Assembly: GCA_973895155.1 (NCBI GenBank)
Contig: OZ316895.1
Coordinates: 270,007-334,006, forward strand
Direction: 5' to 3'
From: Marsupella aquatica
Lineage: Eukaryota > Plantae > Marchantiophyta
DNA: 64,000 bases
The translations under genes and the position numbers were made by a program. Positions 13,651-24,797 of this stretch are shown in pieces (position 1 is the stretch's first letter; the number at the start of each line of letters is the position of its first letter). The notes under the pieces are model-generated. The model did not search any database. It was not told the DNA's origin and saw only the letters and a list, made by a program, of their open reading frames with translations.

Positions 13651-13840
13651 ATCTTCCCCTTGACTTTGGTCTAGGGGAGAGTAATACTGCCAATGTATAT
13701 GATCCCTCAGTGGGAAGTTCTGGACAAAAACCAAACCGGTTTCCCTCTCTAACTAGAGCAAACCAGAACTAAGCCGTAGCCTAATACATAGGAATGAGGA
13801 AGAGCATATATCAGTAATTACAATGAATGTTAAGAAAACT

Positions 13841-16800
13841 CTACTTGTGATGCAATTGCAAAACCTGCAATACGTCACGGTGTCTAGAGAAACTCTCCAA
13901 AGGAATCACTTTGGTAAATGCGTCAGCCGGGTTGAGTTTACCATCAATCTTGACTAACTCAAACAAATTATCAAACACAGCCAGCCTGATAAAATGGTAC
14001 CTAACGTCAATGTGCTTCACTCTGCTGTCCATCACCTAGTTCACAGCAAGGTGGAGCGCACTTTGACTATCACAATGGAGCTTCACATTCCCCTGTGGCA
14101 ATCCCATTTCAATGATAAGTCTATCCAACCAAATCGCTTCCTTTGCTGCTTCCGCAGCTGCAACATACTCCGCTTCTGTAGTAGACTGAGCAATACACTT
14201 CTGCAAAGTAGACCTCCAACTTATGCATCCACCGCCAAGTGTGAACACGTATCCTGTTGTTGATCTCCTTCGGTCCAAATCTTGTCCATAGTCAGAATCA
14301 ACATAGCCAATCAATGATTTAGCATTCTTTGCATTCGCATCAAATAAAAGACCATGATCCACGGTACCCTTCAAGTACCTGATAATCCACTTCACTGCTT
14401 CCCAGTGTACCTTCCCTGGATTCGACATGTACCTGCTCACCTTGCCCATAGCCATGGCAAGATCAGGTCTAGTGCAAGTCATCAAATACATGAGACTCCC
14501 CACTGCCTTGTCATACGGAACCTTTGACATCAACCCCTTCTCTGTGTCATCCGTAGGACAAAACGCTGATGATAACTTGAAGTGTGGAGCCAACGGGGTA
14601 CTTACTGGCTTGCTATTCCCCATGTTGAACCTTGCAATTACTTTCCTCGCATAACTGCTCTGCGTCAACCATAGCTTGCCAGCCTCCAAGTCCCTAGTGA
14701 TCTCCATACCCAAAATCCTCTTAGCTGGCCCTAAGTCCTTCATCTTAAACTCTGCACTAAGTAGTGCCTTGAGCTTAACAATCTCAGACCTATCCTTGGC
14801 TGCAATTAGCATATCATCCACATAAAGTACTAAAACAATGAACCCAAAGACAACATTCTTTACCGGTTTCAAATACACACAAGGGTCAAATACACTTCTG
14901 TGAAAACCTTGTGACCGAATCCAATCGTCAAACCGCTTGTTCCACTGTCTTGGTGACTGCTTCAACCCATACAAGGATTTCAGCAATCTGTAAACCAATT
15001 CCTCCTGTCCTCTCTTCACAAAACCTAGCGGTTGTCTCATGAAGATCACCTCTTCCAATGTGCCATAGAGGAAAGCTGTGACAACATCCATCTGATCTAG
15101 CAGCAGACCAAAGATTACAACAAGTACACACAATAGTCGTATTGTAGAGTACTTAGCAACTGGTGAGAAGACCTCATTGTAATCCACACCTTTCTCTTGT
15201 GTGAATCCCTTTGCTACCAACCTAGCCTTGTAGACCTTCGATCCACCTCCTATGAATTATCCTTCAGCTTGTAAATTCACTTGCTGTCCACCACTTGCTG
15301 ACCCTTAGGTAGCTTAACAAGCTCCCAAGTTTTGTTGTCCTTTAGTGACTGCATCTCCGTTTGCATTGCTGCAGTCCACTTCTGCTTCTCCTTTGAAGCA
15401 CTTGCCTCATGAAATGAAGAAGGTTCCCCTTCTTCCAAAATTAACGCATCACCCTCATCATCAGCTGTAAAATCATCCTCTTGCAGTTGAGATGAATCAA
15501 CCCACTGTCCATACCTTGGTGGAGCGCGTACAGTGCGACCAGATGTTCTTCTAGCCGATGACTCCGGTTGATCTGCGTGTGCTAGTACAATTTGAAGCTC
15601 AACAACATCCACTTGCTGCTCACCAGCATCAACAAACTCCTCTGGTTCCTCTGGCACAGGAACTAGCTCCATAATTGGAGCAACTCCTTCTCTTCGGTCA
15701 TGCACCTCATAACCAATCTCCCCCTCAACGAGATCCGGGATAGGAGATTTTCCTTTGTCAGTACGGGAGACCTGAGTATTCTCCCCCTCCTTCAATAATC
15801 TGGATTCATTGAAGGAAACATCCCTACTGACAACGAGCTTACAGGCAATAGGATCCCATAGCCTATAGGCTTTCACACCACTCTGGTATCCAAGAAAAAT
15901 ACATTTCTTGGAGGTAGGATCCAACTTGGTCCTATTCTACTTCGGTGTGAGAGCATATGCATCACTTCCAAAAACTACCAAGCCATGATAGTCTGCTTGT
16001 CGCTTATAGCGCATCTCAAACGACGTTTTGAAATTGATAGCACTAGAAGGAGAAAGATTTACCAAATAAGCTGCGGTATTGACAGCTTCTGCCCAAAATT
16101 CTTGTGGTAAACTTGATTGGCTCAACATACTCCGTGACCGCTCCAACAGTGTCCGATTGAGCCTCTCAGCGACACCATTCTGCTGCGGAGTATAAACTGT
16201 GGTGAGATGACGAGTTATCCCCTGTTCTGAACAGTACTCTTCAAATTCCATTGAAGTGTACTCCCCGCCGTTGTCTGACCTCAGACTCTTCACCCTTGTA
16301 TCCAAACACTTGATGGTGTTTCCAGTCTGATTCTCCACCTGGGCCTTCCACTTCTTAAAAATGGACAAGACATCAGACTTATGCGTCATGAAATAAATCC
16401 ACACAAATCTTGAGTAATCATCAATAAATGATACATAGTACAACTTTCCAGAGTGTGAGGGAGTCGGGGATGGACCCCACACATCACTATGTATGTACTC
16501 AAGAACCGCTTTGGAACGATGAGTTCCAACACCAAAAGCACGACGATGCTGCTTTCCAAGAATGCAATGCTCACAAAACTCTAATTTACAAGATTGCAAA
16601 TCAGAAATGAGTCCATTCTTCCGTAAGATAGCCAAACCCTTCTCACTCATGTGGCCTAGCCATGAATGCCACAGTTGAGTCATCTCCTTGTGAGACTTGG
16701 TTACATTGGCCTCTCCACATATAGTATTGCCCTGTAACACATACAAATTCTTTTGTCTACTCCCCTTCAAAATCACTGTCTCTCCCGACCTGACTTGAAG

Positions 16801-18154
16801 TTCACCATCAATAACGCTCCATTGATGACCATTTGAATCCAACACACCGAGTGAAATCAGATTCTTACGCATGCCAGGTACATACCTGACTCCGGACACT
16901 ATGCGCACAGCGCCATCAAACATTTGAATCTTCACAGACCCAATTCCCCTCAATTTGACAGGAGTGATAATTTCCCATCAGAACTGAACCGTTTGAAACA
17001 GAGTAAGAACTGAAAAACTCACGAATGTAACAAATATGAAAAGAGCAAGCACAATCAAGAATCCACACATCATCTGCTCTCCTAGATGACGTGCACAGGG
17101 CATACCCCCGGCTTCATAAAACATACTCATCATTGAGTAAATCAGTTTCTCCATCAGCCCTAGCCACATTTACCGATGAAGTTTCCGCTGCCTTTCCCTT
17201 ACAGTCTCGCTTGAAGTGTCAAACTTGGTTGCACTTCCAACATGTCACCTGCCTCCTCTAAGGGGATTTACCCTTGGACTTAGATCTGGATTTAGATCTA
17301 AACTGGGTTCTACGGTCCCCAGTTGGTCGCTGCATACTCCTCCCACGGTTAACATTGAGGGCAGCACCAGATGATGAAGGCTGTGACGTGATGTGCATCT
17401 TCTGCTGAAGATCATCACTAAGCAGAGAACTTACCACGTCATTGTATGAAATGATATCTCTATCATGATGCAACAACACTCGTGATAGGGACTGGTAAGA
17501 TGGAGGCAATGAACTAAGAAGCTGCAGAGCCTTCGTCTCATCATTCAAAGTCTCCCCAAGGTTTTCCAAGTCAACGACCATGTCGTTGAAAGCATCCACA
17601 TGGTCTTGCAACTTCGTACCGGATTCCTTCATCCTGAAACTCATCAGTTTGTAGGAAGTGTAGAGCCGGTTTGACAACTCCTTGCGGTGATACTTGCTCT
17701 ATAATTCCGCAAACAAGGACATGCAATCCTTATGTGCACCCAACTGCTTGATGATGGGAGGCATGAGATAGAGTGTAACACACCACACTCCCTGCTCCTG
17801 CATGCGGTCCCATTGTTTCTCATCAACATCGTCTTCACGAGGGCTCAACAGTTGGCCCATCCCTGACGCATAGAGCACTCCCTTCACCTGCTTCTCCCAT
17901 AGCAAGTAGTCAGAGCGCCCATCATACTTTGTCACTTCATACTTGGGTCCCCCAAGCTTGAAAGTCCCCATCTTCTTCTTTGGCACTACCGTGAGCTCCG
18001 GTAGTAGTACTGCTTCCTCCACCACACGTCGCACCGGTGATGGTATCGGTGTCACGTGCTCTTCCTCCTGCTCCTCTCTCTGCCCCTGAAACCTCCGCGG
18101 TGATCCTCGTGCTTCAAGTTCCACGTCTTCGAAAAACTCCTCCGAATCACTCAT
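13841..18154 (-). pseudogene. copia gag-pol remnant (gag, zinc knuckle, protease, GAG-pre-integrase, integrase, RT, RNase H) with several stops and frameshifts
   Basis: CWKCNQV*HFKRDC knuckle; WILDCACSFH protease; WHSWLGH..CEHC; IHSDVWGP, LRSDNGGEY, PQQNGVAER; LYVDDML; YVDSDY, STTEAEY, CDSQSA, KHIDVRYHFIR. In-frame stops at ~17699, 17258, 17220, 17114, 15937, 15277, 14036. Frameshifts near 16965 and 15245. Confidence 0.93.
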
Positions 18155-19306
18155 ATGAGAAAATCACAAAAAATGTTGTTTTTCACAACTTCTCAAAAAA
18201 CTTGAAACTCAACACCGGCGCGTAGCCCACAAAGCTAGGAGTCCAATACTGAAAACCGAAATCAAAATCAAAATTTGACGGAAAAGTTATTCAAATTTTG
18301 GTCGAGGTGGGTAAAACCTTGGGAAACTCCCCCGTTTTGACCACCTCAGGGAATAACCGAAATACCAAGTACAACCCGTTGTCGGAATTGCGATGTGATT
18401 GGTGCGCCGCGTTGCCAACTTCAATGGCTACGACCTCGCCGAAAAATAACCAAAAAAGTTACCGTTGGGCGGATGAAATCTTTGTCGGACGGTCAAAAAA
18501 TAGCTCTCTGGTTTTTTGGAATATTCTATGACCCTTGTACAGGCCCTGTGAGAATTTTGGAAGAACAATCGAGGGGCTGACACGTGTCCTCGAACCCCCA
18601 AAACCCCCTACCACCCTTCGTCATCGAAATCTAGTCACGCGCGCAGAAAATACACACGGCAGAATGTACCCCTTGATACCAAATGCAAGATATCTCACTC
18701 GAGTTTTGACGAAATCAAGATCTGATTTCAGATTTGGAAACTAGACTCCGAGGCGGTGAAGATCGATATAAGAAGCACCCAAAACGAGGAAAGAACGAGG
18801 GAGAAAAAAATTGGTAAAGGTGACAGATTTCTCTCAATTGCCATAGCTAATTTCGAATCAGTTTTTCAAAGAGAAAAAAATGGTACCTTGTCAACAACGA
18901 ATGTTGATCAATTGCACTTGGTGCTGTCACCAAGTCCAACAAGGTAATTGATTTTGCTTAGCCTTCCTCTTTGCATCAAAGAGCCAATCCCGGACTCAAA
19001 CAATCGTCTTGCCTCAATCTCTCCGTTGAGTCAAAACACTTGACGCTTCTCCCTCCGAGTCGATTGCCAACTTTCTTCACAAAATCCAGAACAACAAAAA
19101 CTTAGATCTCTCTGCACCACGAGCTCCGTTCAGCGATTTCTTCACACCGTTAGAAAACTCTTGCCTTGATCTATCCGTTGAGCCCATAAACTCCAAGTTC
19201 CATGCGATAGAACTCTGGGAAATCCACCGACACTCAACGCTGGAAAAACCGTCATGAAATCCCATCACGAACACACGTCACCTCCCAAGCATGCTTTGAT
19301 ACCAAT

Positions 19307-19715
19307 TGTTGAGCATAGACGATGATCGCAACGGCAAGCCCATGAACCATCCAACACACAATAGTCGACACAAGAGATACGTGGTTCACCTCCTTGAGGC
19401 TACGTCCACGGGAACACACAAGAGAGCTTTAATTTACTGAACTCTAAGCCCGTCGGCTATACCGAGTCTCCACAGTGTAAGCTCTCCCTATCTCTCAAGT
19501 GGCTCCATAACAATGAGCCTTGGTTCTACCTCTCCAAGCACACATGCCTCTTATGATATAGTGTGCAACTTAGTTGTACCTAACCACATAGTTGTACCTA
19601 ATCACGTAGTTGTATCTAACCACATAGTTGTACCTAATCACGTAATTGTACCTAACCATGTAGTTGTACCTAACCACATCATACCTAACCTAGACGTAAG
19701 AGTAAATACCCAACA
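19307..19715 (-). repeat. 5' LTR of the copia element (409 bp)
   Basis: TG...CA ends. Followed on the minus strand by AT and the PBS TGGTATCAAAGC. Confidence 0.96.
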
Positions 19716-22643
19716 GATCCAAGCTTTCCAGATAGCCGACGTGTAGTCCATACCTCGAAAACTAGTAGGGGAGGAGAATAAGAATCTGTCCATAGTAGTG
19801 TAACCTGCATGACGGAGAGCAACTGATCTATTCCATGCTGCCAAACGGAGGTTAGCAGAAAAAAGGATAGCCCATTCCGATCTTGGCTCCGAAATCATTC
19901 GGGACGCCCAACGAGCTAGAAGAGCCGATGCCTGTGTTTTGATATCCTTGAAGCCCAATCCACCATTGCGCTTCTGTCCACACATCCGGTTCCAGGATAC
20001 CAACGGAGTTTTCCGCCCTCCCTCCTTGTTGAGTCCCCACAAGAAGTCTTTGCAGATTTTCTGGATCGTATCCGTAACACTCCCAGCAAGGTGTGTATAC
20101 ATCATATGATAAACAGTCATGGATAGCAACACCTGTTTTATTAGTATCGCTCGCCCTGTAAAAGAGAAACTCTTGGTAGACCATTTTGCTATCCTCCTAT
20201 ACAAGTTCTTCGTGAAGAATTCCTGGTATTGCTGCCTGGAAATATTCTGACCCAGGGGAGCGTCCAGATAAGATGATATAATCCTCGGAGTAATGATAAC
20301 ACAGCTAGAGTCCACTAGCCATGTCGGAGGCACCTCCAAGCAAAAAGTAAGGACTTCAGTTTTTCTTAAGTTCAAACGAGCCCCGGCTGCGAGTTCATAA
20401 AGTGCCAGCTTCCCTTGAATTTCCAGAAAGCAAGATTCTTTTGCAGGAGTTAACACACCCAAATCATCAGCGAAAAACCTGTGGAATAAGGTAAGGTCAC
20501 TGTTAATTTTGATGCCGTGTACCTCCCCGGCGACCAGGCTTGCCTCCAGGCAGTCCATTAATGGTTGCGTGGAAAGTACGTACATCATTGGGGCCAATGG
20601 GCAGCCTTGACAAACCCCTCGTAATAGAGAAAATGGATCTGTGAATCTTCCATTTACATGGACCTTAGCTGTTGCCTGATACATAAGGCCCATTCTATTA
20701 CGAGTAAGCAAAGGACTGAGCCCCAGGGTGAGAAGGGTCTCACTGATATACCTGTGGTTCACTCGGTCGAAGGCTTTAGAGAAATCCATTTTCAGAAAAA
20801 GGGTCGGGACATGGTTAGTTGTCAGCCAGTCGCAAGCAAGCCATAACATGGAAATGTTGTCTAAGATTTGTCTCCCTGGGACAAATCCGGTTTGTTGAAC
20901 GTTGATCAACTTTGGCAGGACCTTCCGGAGCCGCAATGCAATTAGCTTAGCTACTATCTTATATGATATGTTAAGAAGAGTAATCGGCCGCCAATCAGTT
21001 AGGTTGGTTCTGTCAAACGATTTTGGGACTAACTTAATGACTCCATCCAAGAATCCCGGTAGCATTAATCCATTCGTCCAAAATGACACCAGCATATCAT
21101 GAAGCGTCGGGGCTACGAAGTTCCAACACTCCAGAAATACTTCTATTGTTAGTCCGTCCAAACCAGGAGCTTTGTTTTTCTGCACTTGTTGTGCTGCCAA
21201 TAATAGTTCTGCCTGAGTTGGGATTGAATCTAACATGATTGTCTCATCGGGGGATATCTTAGAATGAGAGTGTTTTAATATTTCCCTTCTGGCATCTACG
21301 TTCCGGAAGGACTCCCTGGTGTCCGGGGAGTACAGAGCTCTGTAATATCTTTCCACCTCCCTAAGAATACTATTTGTGTCAGTAGTCATAGATTCGTCTT
21401 CCAGCCTCAATATCGGAATAGACGCTCTCTGCTGTTGGGTCCTAATTATGTTGAAGAAGAAACGAGTTGAGGCATCTTCAATACCCAACCAACAAATCCG
21501 CGATCTCCTCCTCAGATCGATGGCGGCTGCAAACTCAAATTCCCGAAGTTCTGTTTCCGCCTGCCTTAGGTTAGACAAGGAGTTCCCTAAGGAGTGATGG
21601 TCTGCTTGCGTACGTAATGTTACCACTTTGGATCTGAGCTCTGCCTCCTTTATTTGTTTACCATTTTTTTGAGACTGTATTATCTTATATTCCCGCCGCA
21701 ACCGCTTACAAGCTAGAGAGAATGCTAATCTAGGGTCCTCGACTCTGGTTGAGGTATCATACCAGGCACTTTCTAGAAGACGCTTGTTCACATCACTCTT
21801 CAATACCCAGGGGTTTGCCTTGAAATATGTGGTCCTAGCAATCTCATGGGTATCGAGACCACTCACGTTTATGACACATGACAGAGAAACTGGGCAATGA
21901 TCAGAGAGTGGGCGATCGTGGTGATGAGTGAGAGAAATGATTTTATTTATCCACTCTCCCCTATTACTAATATAAAACCTGTCTAATCTAGATTGGAGAA
22001 CACCCGACACTGTGTTCCTCCGCCAAGTGAAACGAGACCCAGGAACAAATCCTACTATGTTGTATGCGTCATATAGGTCTAGTGCACTTTTCAGATATCC
22101 CCAAGTAACAAATTCAGATCCCGAGAGCAGGGATGAGTGTTCGGCAACCGAGTCTAGAGTACTCTCTGTCATGTTAAAATCACCAGCCAGAATCCAGTTC
22201 CCACGAGGTAATTCTTCTGCGAGGTGCTTCCATAAGCTGGTCCGTATAGTAGAAACATTCGAGGCGTATATTCCAACTAGGCCAAATTTACCGAGTTCAC
22301 TATCTAGCTGCGCCCATAGGACACTACCAATGGGTATGACTCCCGAAGCACTAATCCTTATGGAGGGGTGTATTAGCATGGCCGTTCCTCCCTTACCTTC
22401 AACTGGATGTGATATTATTGTATTATATCCTGGAAGAATAATGGAAAGAGCATAAAGTAATCGGAATCCATTAGCTTTTATTTCGAGGAGCGTGAGAATA
22501 TGCATGGGGAACTTTAAATCATAAATCCATTTTCGTATTATTAGCTTTCGGTTAGGGTCACAAAGTCCTGATACGTTCCATATCGCTACATTTAATTGCT
22601 TGTCCATTGATAAGAGCTGGAAGGTTGAGAGAGAGAGAAGAAC

Positions 22644-24797
22644 TTACTGCACGCCCTGGCTAGCTGAGGAGGTTCCCGACATTGTTTCGTATCCTGAGCT
22701 CGACGAGTTACTATCCATTTCAGTTTCTTCCTCCATTGATGTCGACTCATCTTGCGATGTGAATCCACCCCCTGCATCTCCCAATATCTGGTTATATAGG
22801 AGTGTGGTATAGTCCTTACCTGCGAGCCTTGGTGACAAACCTGTAAATAGTGAGCGGAGCTTCTGCTTCTTCTTGGTTGTCTTCTTCCCCGTTGACCTCA
22901 TTATTTGTTTGAGCCTCCGAATTGGCCTCGCATGTGTGAGATGTGGTGGTTCCTTATCAGCTCCTTCTGATTGAGTAACTTCTTCGTCTTTCATGGATAA
23001 TGCCTTATCCCACGTGATAGGATTCTGAGTATCTATGAGTCCTAAGTTCACCAAGTTCCCTGATCTGACGGCCCCAGTGGGGTTGCTAGATCCAGGATAC
23101 CCAATCTCTTTTGCCTGGACCATGGGTGAGGGAATGGCCCATGCCCCTTCGCTGATAAAATGCCTGAGATCCCTCCATCAGGGAAATGGGAGAGGTCAAC
23201 CGATGCGGCCATTGGAGGACCCCACTGTGGCGGAGATATATTTGTTGCCACTGGTGGCCCATTCTGGAATCTCGATATGCTGAGAGATTCCCTATTCTCA
23301 TAAACTATGCTGTAGGGTATTTTTACCGCATTGGAGGCAATACTTAGTGCTGGGGTTGGAAGTAGTCCGATTGACCGAACTGATTTGGTGTTGCCCACAC
23401 CCACCCAGCCAGGAGATAAGTGTTAAGGATTGCTCTTAGTCTTGTGACTCATAGGTTACGGCACTTAGGCTAACCATAGTTAGAATCTTAGCTAAGGTTA
23501 GGTTAGTCGTGTGTGACCTTGTATATACCAGGGCTAGTGTAAGCCGCTGGTGTGTGGTGCTTACTGATTGTAACGGAGCAACTTGAGGAAGAGGGAGAGC
23601 ATGTGTGTTCGTTTACTCTTGAAGTAAAGCTTGAGTGTTCGTGTGGACGTAGCCTTGGAGAAGAGGTGAACCACATAGAGATTGTGTCGACTACGTGTGC
23701 ATGGAATGAGCCATGGTTGTATGGTCGTTGCAAATGACGTCTTAGTTCAACAATAAGATGCCCACTTCAGATATGCGCTCACTGACTCTTCCGTTGCTTG
23801 AGAGTGTGCAACCGTCACTCCTTTCCAAAACACTAATTGGCTCATTGGTCTCCCCCAACTTGGGAGAGGATATGTCCTTCAGTCGCTGGCAATTCTTTCC
23901 AACATGACCAAGCTCCATACAACAGTAGCATGCATATGGTACGTGTGTGTACTCGATCCGTTGGTTAATTGTTATGGGATCTGACCCTTCCTCTCCGTTC
24001 ATTCGTACCTCCATTATTTCAGGGAGCGGTTTGCTCATGTCCCAGAGGATGCATGCACGGTCATGGGGTGAGAGAGAAGCTTCGGAAGCTTGACTGTAGT
24101 GTATTATTTCCCCCATTCTCTCAAACATTTTCTTCCCGCAACCCTCCAGCACTAATTCCCGGTACTTCAGTTCCGCCCAGACTGGCATATTCCCTAGGAA
24201 TGGCGTGTGAATAGAGAATTTCGGGTCCCATGGCGCACAGTAAACATATTGGTTCCCTAGGTACCAGGGAGAGTCACCGAGGACCATTCGTCTGTGTTCC
24301 GCTGTATTGAAGATGATGAGGAAATAATTCTTCCCCAAGTATTTGACACTTTTGAACTGCCACTTCCTTTTGAAACAGAACTCAAATTCCGACCACTTCA
24401 GGAAATGTTGATACGTGGGGACCCTACCAGCAAAGGAAAATAATACCGCTCTAGTTATGAGTTCTGTTACTGTTTTTGAAGCTTCCATGATACTTACCTC
24501 TAGCTGCAGCTTTACCTTTGAAGTGTCTTGTTCGTGGGTGTTGGTCGATAGGGATTGAAATGCTTCTTTGCATTCTGCTGATATCGTGCACCTGTTGATG
24601 GAGTTCATGACCTTGTCCACGCCCAACATGTTGTCGCCTTCGTTGTGGGTTATCCGTTCCTCTGTTGAGCTATCCTGTCGATGTGGTGATGTTGAAACCT
24701 CCTCCTGGCCTGGCAAATCATTGTTGAACTTAGTCGGGTTGTCTCTTCTCTCACATGCTAATCCTTCTGCCTTGAATATCTTGCTCAGTCTCACCAT
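22644..24797 (-). pseudogene. LINE ORF1 (DUF4283/RRM-like domain plus CCHC knuckle), split by a solo LTR and an apparent frameshift near 23130
   Basis: YLGKNYFLIIF...PWYLGNQYVYCAPWDPKF...PVWAEL, and knuckle CYCCMELGHVGKNC. Removing the solo LTR joins EVGIL|SPGWVGVGNTK. Ends just upstream of the ORF2 ATG. True start is uncertain. Confidence 0.85.
23421..23752 (+). mobile_element. Solo LTR (copia, Tnt1/Tork-like) inserted in LINE ORF1
   Basis: TGTTAA...TTCAACA termini, TSD ATAAG at 23416-23420 and 23753-23757. Shares the gtggacgtagcc...ggtgaaccac...gtgtcgacta motif with the other LTRs. Confidence 0.93.

Larger units (their letters stand above)
13247..19715 (-). mobile_element. Full-length Ty1/copia LTR retrotransposon (Tnt1/Tork-like), coding region defective
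   Basis: Two LTRs with TG...CA ends. TSD GATCC at 13242-13246 and 19716-19720. PBS TGGTATCAAAGC (tRNA-iMet type) at 19304-19293. PPT AGGGGAAGAT at 13660-13651. Domain order gag-PR-IN-RT-RH. Confidence 0.97.
12300..22607 (-). pseudogene. LINE ORF2 (APE endonuclease, reverse transcriptase, zf-RVT) interrupted by the copia insertion; segments 22607-19716 and 13241-12300
   Basis: EN motifs WNVSGL, GDFN, SRLDRFY, SDHCPV. RT motifs KAPGLDG, WRPITLLN, QTGFVPGR, DFSKAFD, QGCPLAP, FFADD. C-terminal CPSC..E...HIFFSC. Removing the copia element and one TSD copy rejoins ...WKAWI|HLRGFLHW... in frame (1277 aa). Confidence 0.93.

Noticed and set aside
13448-13663. VVPNH-repeat ORFs here and at 19513-19746
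   Set aside because: These are translations of the 18-bp LTR tandem repeat on the antisense strand.
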